The notes beneath the pieces are model-generated. The model had not been told where the DNA came from and did no database searches. It saw only the letters and a program-made list of their open reading frames with translations. From Alphaproteobacteria bacterium (GTDB lineage: Bacteria > Pseudomonadota > Alphaproteobacteria > SP197), in contig OZ219747.1 of NCBI GenBank assembly GCA_964291265.2, positions 3,072,001 through 3,136,000 of the forward strand: DNA of 64,000 nucleotides, read 5' to 3'. Made by a program: the position numbers and the translations under genes. Below are positions 42,381 through 52,318 of this stretch, piece by piece. Within the stretch, counting starts at the first letter, position 1; the number at the start of each line of letters is the position of its first letter.

Positions 42381-42803
42381 GGGATGCACGCGGGGATGCG
42401 TCATGGTGCTCCGGGACAGCGACAACTCACCGACGAGGTTGCCGTGATCGTGTCATGCTGAATTCCGATCACTGCCCGCCCCTGCTGACCATGGATTGAT
42501 GGCCCGCGGCGCAGGGCGCCACGGAGCGGGGCCTCGCGTTGGCGGACCCGTACGTGACGGCGGAACCTGCCTGCCTGCTCGACGATGCGCCGGCCGGCAG
42601 GAGACGACGGGGGCGATCGACGCGGTGTGCGTTTCGGCCCGGCAACCGGCCCCGACCATCCTCGATCGCCCGGTCCCCGGCGCTGCCGGGCGCGGCACGT
42701 GTTGCGGCCAGCCCGCGGACGGGTTATGGATTGCATCGATGGGATCGTTGCGCTCTTGCGGGCGTGGCGGCCTGGACTGCGCGACGGCGGGAGGACGAGC
42801 ATC

Positions 42804-45382
42804 ATGACGCGAGCGCCTCACGCGCGCGAACCCCAGAATTTCGTACCCCCCCCCCCTCAAGAGTCCGGGCGCGGGGCTGAGCCGGTGGGCGCCCTCGGGA
42901 GAACCGTCCGCCGCCTGAGCGCGGAACTCGCTGCCCTCTTCCTCATCACGCTGGCCGCCGCCCTCGCGCCCCAGGACGCACAGGCGCAGGAGAAGCCGGC
43001 GCTCACGGCAACCGCGGGTGTCGGCAGTGTCACACTCACCTGGACTCGTACCGGCAACACTGGATTTGGATATTGGGTCTACCGACAGGGGGTCACCGGA
43101 GGAGGTTACGGCGACTGGATCGATATACCGGGCGGCGCCACCATCAGAGCCCACACGGTCACAGGGTTGACCGCCGGCACCTCCTATACCTTCCAGGTGG
43201 CAAGGGCAGAAGGTACCGGTCTCAACTTTTCCGTCTTCGCTAGTGGGGGAGGGTACTCGAACGGGGCGTCAGCTACGCCGACGGCGGCCACGACCACGAC
43301 GCCCGCCGCCCCGACGAACCTGACGGCGACGGGGGCCGGCACCACACAGGTGTTGCTGACGTGGACCAAGCCGGCCGGCACGATCACCGGCTACAAGCTG
43401 CGCTACGCCAAGACACCGGCAAAGGGCAGCGCCACCTGGGCCGCCATGGCGGGTTCGGGCGCGAACACCGTGAGGCATATGGTAACGGGGCTGGAAGACG
43501 ACGCCGAATACAGTTTCATGATCCGCGCCGTGAACGCCTCCGGCGACGGCGCCGCCACGGACTGGGTGACGGCGACGCCTGCGGACAGCTGCCCTTCCGT
43601 GCTCAGCCCGACGAACCTGAGTCTCGCGCCGCGTTCGGACGGGTTTGTCGTCACCTGGACGGCGCCGACCGATGTCTTCCGCAACGGCTGGACGTTGTCT
43701 TACGGCAAGACCGGGGAAAGTTCGACCTCTGTCACCATCTCGAATGCCGCCGCGACCAGCCGCACGCTGACCGGTCTGGACGCCAACACCGAATATGAGA
43801 TCAGTCTTACAGCGACCCATTCTACTTATAATCCTTCTGCGGTCTGTCCTCCAGGCTTCCGTGTAAAAGCCACCGGCACTACCGGCGCCACCGTCGCCAA
43901 ACCCGCGGCGCCGACGGGGTTGTCGGCGGAGGCGGGCAACGGTCAGGTGGAACTGACCTGGACCGACCCGGACGACGATTCGATCACGAGGTATCAGGTG
44001 CGCCAGAAGAAGGGCGGCGCCGCCTGGGGCAGTTGGACCGCGATTCCCGATTCGGACGCCGACACCACGACCCACACGGTGACGGGTCTGACGAACGACA
44101 GCGAGTACCGCTTCCGCATCCGGGCGCGGAACAGCGGCGGCAACGGCGCCGCGTCGGCGGTGGTGGAGGCGACGCCGTCGGCGTCGGCGGCGGTTCCCAA
44201 GCCGGTGCTGAGCGCCGAAGCGGGTTACGCCAGGGTCACCCTGAGCTGGAGCGCGCTGTCGGGTGTGACGGTAGCGAGCTGGGGCTATCAGTACAAGCCC
44301 GCGGGCGGCAGCTGGATCAGGACCCGGACGGTCACGGGCGCCAGCACGACGAGCACCACGGTGACGGGACTGACGATCGGCACGGAATACACGTTCCGGC
44401 TGTTTGCGGCAGTCAGTCCCGGGGTGCAGTCGGTGTGGTCGGACCAGGTGAAGGCGACGCCGACGAATACGGTTCCCAAGCCGGTTCTGACGGCGGCGGG
44501 GGGCGATGCCTCGGTCACCCTGAGCTGGAACGCCTTGACGGGCATTCCGATCACGAGCTGGGGCTATCAGTACAAGAGCACGGCCGGCTGGAACACGACC
44601 ACGACGCTCACGGGCGCAAGCAGGACGAGCGTCCGGGTGACGGGGCTGACGAAGGGCACGGACTACACGTTCCGCCTGTTCGCGGCGGTCAGTCCCGGTG
44701 TGCAGTCGGTGTGGTCGGATCAGGTGACGGCGAAGACCGATCCGGCGGCCCCGGTGCTGACGGCGGCGACTTCGACGACGAACGGGCGGATCGACCTGAC
44801 CTGGACCCATGCCGGCGGCTCGAACGAGTTGTCGGATGCGGACGACTATGTGAAAGACGCGGCCAAGTTCCATTGGTGGAGAGCGCAGACCCGGCTGAAG
44901 GGTGAGACCGTCTGGACGGATAGCGGTCTCAACCAGGCGAGTGCCAGACAGCAACCGGGTTCTCGCAACAATCGGCTTCTGCTGAACTATCCCGACGGGG
45001 CATCGGTCGAGGTCCGGGTTCGGGCAACGGGCTATCGCATGGCGGGTGTGGCCGGGGGAACGGGGAACCTTCAGGGTCCCTGGTCGAACGTCCGTACGGT
45101 GACCTTCAAGGACGACGACACGGCGGCTCTCACGCTGACCGGGACGCCGGTGACGGTGGCGCCCGGTTCCACGGCGACCTACACGGTGGCCTTGACGAAG
45201 GCCTATGCGGGGACGCTGCGGGTGACGAGCGACGACACGGCGGCGGCGCGGGTCAGTCCGGCGAGCCTGACCTTTACCACCAGCAACTACAGCACGGCGC
45301 GGACGGTGACGGTGACCGGGGTGGCGAACGGCACGGCGGTGATCAACCACGCCTTCCGGCTGACGGGAGCTTCTGCGGATGC
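42804..45382 (+). CDS. FN3-repeat autotransporter-like adhesin, exon 1
   Basis: SD GGAGGA, signal peptide ending AQA, multiple FN3 modules (V.L.W..Y..VTGL..Y.F); ends at the intron 5' splice site. Confidence 0.85.
42846..42856 (+). repeat. C11 homopolymer in 5' end of adhesin gene
   Basis: GTA CCC CCC CCC CCT. Confidence 0.85.
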
Positions 45383-47158
45383 GTGCAGCGAGTCTAGCTG
45401 CTGTACTTGCGGGTGAAAGTCCCGCCGGCGCAATTGTCAGTTTGGCGCCGTAGCATATCCCACTGGTTTAGGGGCGACCTTGGACCAGCGAGCTGGGACG
45501 TAGAAAGCCGTTGTGGGCTGGCTGGGACACAGTGCCCAGCCGGTTCGGTCAGCCAGGGCGGCGAGCAAACCGGAGGGCCGTAGCGAAAGCGAACGATTGG
45601 ATGAAGCCACGAAATGATGCTCCCACACGAAGCTGATTTGTGGGGTGGTCGGGAATGCCAAGGGCGTGGATCCGGCCCGATGGCCAGAGTCGATGCGGAA
45701 GAACTGATGAGCACGCATCGGGTTCCCCGGGGTACAGACGGCGGCAATCCGGGACAGTACAGCAGTGAAAGGCCGGAAGGTGAGGAGGACAGACAGGATG
45801 AAGTGACCCTTGAATGTCAAGGACCGCGTCTATAACCAGGATTGGGAAAGGACGCGGAGTCCTCCTGACTGGCGGATGAGGTCGAGTAAGCGTTGACGGG
45901 CGGGACAACACAACCCGTCCCGAGCGAGGACCTCAGGGCTCAGGTGGCCTATGCGGCAGGTCAAGTCGGTACTCAGAGACCGGCACCGACCGACAGACTG
46001 CAAGGTCGAAGGACGGAGCAAACGCTCGGAGATGCCGTGGGTATGGTTGGGTCAGCCTTGACCATGGCGTGTGCGGCGGAAGGCTCCGCACCGAACTCCA
46101 AGTGGGTGCCTGATGCTTGAAGCCGTACCCGGGAAAACCGGACGTACGGAATTTTAGGGGGGCGTGCAGCGAGTCTAGCTGCTGTACTTGCGGGTGAAAG
46201 TCCCGCCGGCGCAATTCCCAGTTTGGCGCCGTAGCATATCCCACTGGTACAGGGGTGACCCTGGGCCAGCGAGCTGGGATGTAGAAGCCGCTGTGGGCTG
46301 GCTGGAACGCAGTGTCCAGTTGGTCTGGTCAGCCAGGGCGGCGAGCGAACCGGAGGGCCGTAGCGAAAGCGAACGATTGTACGAAGCCTCGAAAATGAAA
46401 TTTCCCACATGAAGCTGACTTGTGGGGTGTTGGGAACGCCAAGGGCCTGCCCCCAGCTTGGTGGCCAGAGTCGATGCGGAAGAACTGGGGAGCACGCATC
46501 GGGTTCCCCGTGGTAGAGACGACGGCAATCCGGGACAGTACAGCAGTGAAAGGCCGGAAGGTGAGGAGGACAGACAGGATGAAGTGACCCTTGAATGTCA
46601 AGGACCGCGTCTATAACCAGGACTGGGAAAGGACGCGGAGTCCTCCTGACTGGCGGATGAGGTCGAGTAAGCGTTGACGGGCGGGACAACACAACCCGTC
46701 CTGAGCGAGGACCTCAGGGCTCAGGTGGCTTATGCGGCAGGTCAAGTCGGTACTCAGAGACCGGCACCGACCGACAGACTGCAAGGTCGAAGGACGGAGC
46801 AAACGCTCGGAGATGCCGTGGGTATGGTCGGGTCAGCCTTGACCATGGCGTGTTCGGCGGAAGGCTCCGCACCGAACTCCAAGTGGGTGCCTGATGCTTG
46901 AAGCCGTACCCGGGAAAACCGGACGTACGGAATTTTAGGGAGGCTGCTGGAAACGTGGTCTATGGTAGTTCTGCGACCCCGCCCGCAATCGAAAGAGCGG
47001 TGCCGGACAAAGCCTCTGCCTACGGATGCGCGCGCCAGCGGCCTACCCGACTGCTGGAAACGTGGTCTATGGGAGAACTGCGACCCCGCCCGCAATCGAA
47101 AGAGCGGTGACGGACAAAGCCTCTGCCTACGGATGCGCGCGCCAGTGGCCTACCCGAC
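45383..47158 (+). mobile_element. ORF-less group IIB intron, outer (888 nt: 45383-46163 + 47052-47158)
   Basis: 5' GTGCAG; domain V AAGCCGTACCCGGGAAAACCGGACGTACGG (~46120-46153); 3' end CCTACCCGAC with bulged A; removal restores frame. Confidence 0.9.
46164..47051 (+). mobile_element. ORF-less group IIB intron, inner (888 nt), nested in domain VI of the outer intron
   Basis: 5' GTGCAG at 46164, domain V ~46901-46934, 3' CCTACCCGAC at 47051; EBS1 GCCCCC complements upstream GGGGGC. Confidence 0.9.
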
Positions 47159-49931
47159 GATTCCCGACGCGGGCACGGTGGACGTGACGGTGGCCGATAC
47201 GCCGGGGGTGACGGTGTCGACGGCGGCGCTGACGGTGGCGGAAGGCGGCAGCAGGACGTACACGATGCGGCTGAACACGCCGCCGTCATCGGATGTGACG
47301 ATCACGGTGGCGGGCGCGTCGGGGGACGTGACGGTGACGGGCGCGTCGCTGACCTTCACCCGGACCAACTGGAACCAGCCGCAGACGGTGACGGTGAACG
47401 CAGGCACGGACACGGACACGGCGGTGGACCCCGCCGTGACGCTGACCCACAGCGCCTCTGGCGGCGGCTACGGCTCGGTGACCATCGCCTCTGTGGTGGT
47501 GAGCGTGGCGGAGAAGGATGTGGCGCCCGGGAAACCGACAGGCCTTGCCGGCGCGGCGGGCAACGGTTCGGTGACGCTGAGCTGGACCGCCCCGGACAAT
47601 CCGACCATCACCAAGTGGCAGGTGCGGCGGAAGGCCGGCAGCGACGACTGGGGCGCGTGGGAGGACATTCCCGGCTCCGCTGCGGGCACCACCAGCTACG
47701 AGGTGAGCGGTCTGACGAACGGCACTGCCTACCAGTTCGAGGTGCGCGCGGTGAACGGGGCCGGCAACGGCGCCGGTCCGGATGCGCCGGTGACGGCGAC
47801 GCCGGCGGCGCCGGTGGCGCCCGGCGGAGGCGGCGGTGGCGGTGGCGGTGGCGGAGGCGGCACGACGCCCACCGCAGACGCAAGCGTGACGGTGACACCG
47901 ACCGCGCTGACGGTGGCGGAGGGGAGCAGTGCCGTCTACACGGTGGTGCTGGACACGGAACCCTCGGGCGAGGTCACGGTGACGGTGGGCGGCGCTTCGG
48001 GCGAGGTGACGGTGGAACCGGCGAGCCTGACCTTCACCACGGCCAACTGGGACACGGCGCAACGGGTGACGGTGCGCGCGGCCCGTGACGAGGACACGAC
48101 CGACGACACGGCGACGCTGACCCATGGTGCGAGCGGCGGGGGCTACGCTTCGGTGACCATCGATTCGGTGGCGGTGACGGTGACGGACACAACGCTCCTG
48201 CCGGTGCTGACCCTGGCGCAGGATCCGGCGGCGGTGACCGAGGGCGAGGCCATCCGCCTCGTGGTGAGCGCCGACCGGGCGCTGACGGGCAGCCTGAGGG
48301 TGAGCCTGACCCTGGCGTCCCGGGACGGCGGCGGCTTCGATGCCGGGGACGTTCCAGGCGGCCTGGGTCCGCGTTCGTTCGATGCGGTGTTCGGCGCCGC
48401 GGGGCGGCGAACGGGCGTGGTGACGATCCCGACGGCGGCCGATGCGGATGCGGAAGGCGCGGAAGCCTACCGCATCACGCTGAACGATGCGGCGGACTAC
48501 GTGGTGGGGAACGACGCCACGGCGCTTGGCGTTCTGCGCGACCGGGCGGCGGGGGCCATGGCAAGGTCGAACCGGGTGAATGCGGCGGTGCTGCCGCACG
48601 TGGCGGCGGCGGCGATGTCGCAGACCCTGGGGGCGGTGACGGGTCGCATCGAGGCGGTGGCCTCCGGCGAGGGGGGCGGCACGGTGCAGTTCGGCGCCCT
48701 GCCGTCACCGGTGGAGGACGCGTGGGCGTCGCCGCACCCGGAGGAGCCCGGCCCGAGCATGGCGGAGGTGCTGGACGGCGCCTCCTTCACCCTGGCGGCG
48801 GGCGCCGAGGGCGAGGCCTCCGCGCCGCCGCTGGCCGTGTGGGGCCGGGGCGAGTGGCTGTCGCTGTCGGGTTCGCAAGGCGGCGTGTCGTGGGACGGCG
48901 GCCTGTGGTCGGCGCAGCTGGGGGCGGACGTGCGCCTGCGCCCCGACCTTCTGGCCGGGGCGGCGCTCTCCCATGTGCGGGGCGAGCTGGACACGCAGAC
49001 GGACCAGGTGAAGGGCGTCCACGAGACCACGATCACGTCGGTGCATCCCTATGCGGCGTGGTTGCTGGCGGACGGCTCGACCCTGTGGGCGAGCCTCGGC
49101 TACGGGACCGGCGAGGTGCGGATTGCCGAGGAGGGGGCGCCGGTGATGAGCACGGACCTGGCGCAGTGGAGCGCGGCGGCGGGCGCCCGCAGCGTCCTCA
49201 TCGAGCATGCGGACCTCATCGAGGGCGGCATGACGCGCCTTGCGGTCAAGGGCGAGGGCGCGCTGGCGCGCCTGCGCACGGGGTCCGATGACGGCCTGGC
49301 GGGGCTGACGGCGAGGACGACCCGCCTGCGGCTGCTGCTGGAGGGGTCGCACGAGCACGCGCTGGCAAGCGGTGCGACGCTGACCCCGGCCCTGGAGGCG
49401 GGGGTGCGCCATGACGCGGGCGACGCCGCCGAGGGGGCGGGCCTCGAGGCCGGGGCGAGCGTGACATGGCGGGACCCGGCGGAGGGTCTGACGGCGGAGC
49501 TGCGCACGCGGCTCCTGGCGGCCCACGAGGCGGACCGTGACGAGTGGGGTGTGAGCGCCCTGGTGCGCCTCGACCCCGGGGCCGACGGGCTTGGAACCTT
49601 CCTTGCCTTCGGTCCCGCGCACGGGCGCACCGAGAGTGATCTGGGAGAACTGTTCGACCACGGCCTGCCCGCGGCGGCATCGGGTACGACATCGGCAGAG
49701 GGCCGCCTGGAGGCCGAGGTGGGCCACGGCTTCGGCCTTGCCGGTCCGGGGCCTCTCGCGGTGCTCACCCCCTGGGCGGGCTTGAGCCTGGCGGAGACCG
49801 GCGGGCGCACCCTGCGGCTCGGCACCCGCTACCGCCTCGGCGCGGGGCTCTCCCTCGGCCTCGAGGGCGCGCACCGGCCGGGGCCGGTCAGCGAAGACAG
49901 CCTCATGCTGCGCGGCGCCCTCAACTGGTAG
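47159..49931 (+). CDS. adhesin exon 2: Ig-like/FN3 repeats, Gly13 linker, C-terminal autotransporter-type beta-barrel
   Basis: in frame with exon 1 after splicing (GC|G ATT CCC = A-I-P); amphipathic beta-strand C-terminus ending LRGALNW. Confidence 0.85.
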
Positions 49932-50267
49932 GAGAGGCGGAGCCGAGCACCTTCCCGGCGGCACGGCGCCCGTCGGATACCGCCGCGTCACGGCATCCGA
50001 GCCCCGTCTGGCGCGCATCGAGGCGTTCAGCACGTCAGGGGACGGCAGTGTGATCGCCACAAGGATTCTGGAGAGTTGCGACCCGTATCTCGCGGTACGC
50101 AGGCGCCGACCGCCCGGCTCCAGCCAACCGGAACATGCGCACGCACATCCGGTTCCCGGAAGCGGGCGAGAGAAGACGCTTGACCCGAACGCCTTCCGGA
50201 CAGAGGATCAATGATCAGCAGGAGTGAGCAGTTGCGAACTCTGTAAAGTATCGGGAGAAGGAGTACC

Positions 50268-51362
50268 ATGAACAGACGCAAGTTTCTGGCTGGCACCGGT
50301 ATCGCCGCGGCAGGCGCTGCGGGCACGGTGGCCACGGCCTTTCCGACACCGGCGATTTCACAGGGGCGCAAGACCCTGACCATGGTGACGTCGTGGGGAC
50401 GCGGCCTCGCCGGCGTCCACGACGTCGCGCAGCGCTGTGCGGACAACATCACCTCGATGTCCGACGGCATGATCGACATCGATTTCAAGGCAGCAGGCGA
50501 GCTCGTCGGCGCTTTCGAGAGCTTCGATGCGGTGTCGTCCGGGCAGGCTGACATCTACCATGCCGCCGACTACTACTTCGTCGGTCAACATCCGGCCTTC
50601 GCCTTCTTCACGTCGGTTCCCTTCGGCATGACGGCCGAGGAACTGAACACCTGGTATTACCACATGGGTGGCCGGGAACTGCAGGACGAGCTCACGTCGA
50701 TCTTCAACCTGAAGACATTCCTTGCCGGCAACACAGGGGCTCAGGCCGGCGGCTGGTTTCACAAGGAAATCAACGGGCCCGATGACTTCGAGGGCCTGCG
50801 GCTCCGCATGCCCGGCCTTGGCGGCAAGGTGCTCGGTGAACTCGGCGCCTCCGTTCAGAACATCCCCGGGGCCGAGGTCTACAATGCGCTCTCCAAGGGC
50901 GAAATCGACGGCACCGAGTGGATCGGTCCATGGGCCGACGAGAAGGCGGGGTTCTTCGAGATCACGAAGATCTACTATACCTCCGGCTTCCATGAGCCGG
51001 GCGCGGGCCTGTCGCTTGCCGTCAACCGGGAGACCTTCGACGGGCTTTCGGTTTCCGAGCAGAAGATCATCGAATGTGCGGCGGGCGAGGCCAACGTCTG
51101 GAATCTCTCGCAGTACCTCGCCAACAACTCGGCCGCTCTCCAGAGGCTGGTCGCTTCCGGTGTCCAGACCTTTGCTTTCCCCGACAGTGTCTGGGAAGCC
51201 TTCGGTGCGGCCTCCGACAAGGTCTACGCGGAGAACATGGGAGATCCGCTGTTCAAGACGATCTACGAGTCCTATCGCGATTCACTCGTCAAGTCGGCCC
51301 ACTGGATTGCGCTGTCGTCCGGCACCTACACGGAGCAGCGCAACCGCGTCATGGGTATCTGA
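50268..51362 (+). CDS. dctP: TRAP transporter substrate-binding protein (Tat signal)
   Basis: MNRRKFL twin-Arg, GGWF.KEI, LRMPGLGG, FHEPG. Confidence 0.9.
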   Translation: MNRRKFLAGTGIAAAGAAGTVATAFPTPAISQGRKTLTMVTSWGRGLAGVHDVAQRCADNITSMSDGMIDIDFKAAGELVGAFESFDAVSSGQADIYHAADYYFVGQHPAFAFFTSVPFGMTAEELNTWYYHMGGRELQDELTSIFNLKTFLAGNTGAQAGGWFHKEINGPDDFEGLRLRMPGLGGKVLGELGASVQNIPGAEVYNALSKGEIDGTEWIGPWADEKAGFFEITKIYYTSGFHEPGAGLSLAVNRETFDGLSVSEQKIIECAAGEANVWNLSQYLANNSAALQRLVASGVQTFAFPDSVWEAFGAASDKVYAENMGDPLFKTIYESYRDSLVKSAHWIALSSGTYTEQRNRVMGI

Positions 51363-51368
51363 ACTCTG

Positions 51369-51401
51369 CGGCGCCCGCATCGTGACGCGATGCGGGCGCC
51401 G
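51369..51401 (+). terminator. 14-bp GC stem-loop between dctP and dctQ
   Basis: CGGCGCCCGCATCG-tgacg-CGATGCGGGCGCCG, no U-tract; probable mRNA-stabilising or attenuating hairpin. Confidence 0.65.
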
Positions 51402-51418
51402 GTCCCTGTGCGCGACAC

Positions 51419-52318
51419 ATGCCGGATGTCATCCTCTGGCCCCTGCGACAACTTCTCGACGGGCTCGCGAATCTCCTTGATCTGCTGATCGAACCCGGGG
51501 TGTGGCCCGATCCTTCCGACAGCGAGGGCCTGGTCAGGATCGTCTACTTCGGCGCCTCGCTCGAGTTCCTCTTCGTCATCATCGATCTTGCTCTCGTCAT
51601 TCTCGTGATCGGTGTCCTCAAACCGGGTTTCCTGTGGCTCGTGGTGCGCGGCATCGAGGGTCTTTCCAATCTCGTCGGCCGCATGGCCGCGTGGGCGGTT
51701 CTCGTCATGGTCATCCAGCAGATCATGATCGTCGCCCTGCAGCGCGTCTTTCTCGTTTCGGACATCACCGTGGGTCCCTTCGGTATCGTGTTCACCAGGG
51801 ATCTCAGCTGGTTCAGCGAGGAACTCAAGCTCTACAACGCCGCGATCGTGACCCTGTGCGCGGCCTACACGTTCGTCCAGGGCGGTCATGTGCGGGTCGA
51901 TCTTGTCTATGCGTCGGTGTCCTTCCGCACGAAACGGCTGCTGGACATGTTTGGTTCGGTCTTCTTCGTGATGCCGTTCTGTGGTGTGGTGTGGCTGTTC
52001 GGCTGGTTCTTCCTGTGGCGTCACCTCGTCACGCCGAAGGTGTCGGCGCTCGATACCCTCGAACTCCTGGAACGCAAGGCGCAACTGCTCCGCTGGAATG
52101 TCGAGACCATCGGGTTCTCGCCGAACGGCTTCGACGCCTACTTCCTCTTCAAGGTTCTGCTGGTTTCCTTTGCCGGACTGATGTTCCTCCAGGGACTGGG
52201 GCACTTCTACCGCAGCCTGCTGGAGTTGAGGGAAGGTGAGGCGTCGGCCAACCGCTACAAGGATCTGGACAAGCTGCCTGACCTCGCGCCGGCCGAAAGC
52301 ACGGGTGCAGGTGCGTGA
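51419..52318 (+). CDS. dctQ: TRAP transporter small permease
   Basis: GGHVRVDLVY motif, TM helices. Confidence 0.87.
   Translation: MPDVILWPLRQLLDGLANLLDLLIEPGVWPDPSDSEGLVRIVYFGASLEFLFVIIDLALVILVIGVLKPGFLWLVVRGIEGLSNLVGRMAAWAVLVMVIQQIMIVALQRVFLVSDITVGPFGIVFTRDLSWFSEELKLYNAAIVTLCAAYTFVQGGHVRVDLVYASVSFRTKRLLDMFGSVFFVMPFCGVVWLFGWFFLWRHLVTPKVSALDTLELLERKAQLLRWNVETIGFSPNGFDAYFLFKVLLVSFAGLMFLQGLGHFYRSLLELREGEASANRYKDLDKLPDLAPAESTGAGA

Noticed and set aside
45381-45385. Alternative intron start GCGTG two bases upstream
   Set aside because: Would break the exon reading frame and delete GC from the reconstructed outer domain VI; the GTGCAG start satisfies both constraints
45394-47110. Short ORFs inside the introns, and the 46962 start of the downstream ORF
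   Set aside because: No RT (YADD) or maturase motifs; they overlap structured ribozyme domains
46945-47158. 107-bp tandem repeat as an independent repeat or ncRNA
   Set aside because: Fully explained as the two domain VI/3' ends of the nested introns
42804-49931. Diversity-generating retroelement acting on the adhesin
   Set aside because: No RT gene, and no template/variable repeat pair with adenine-specific differences seen
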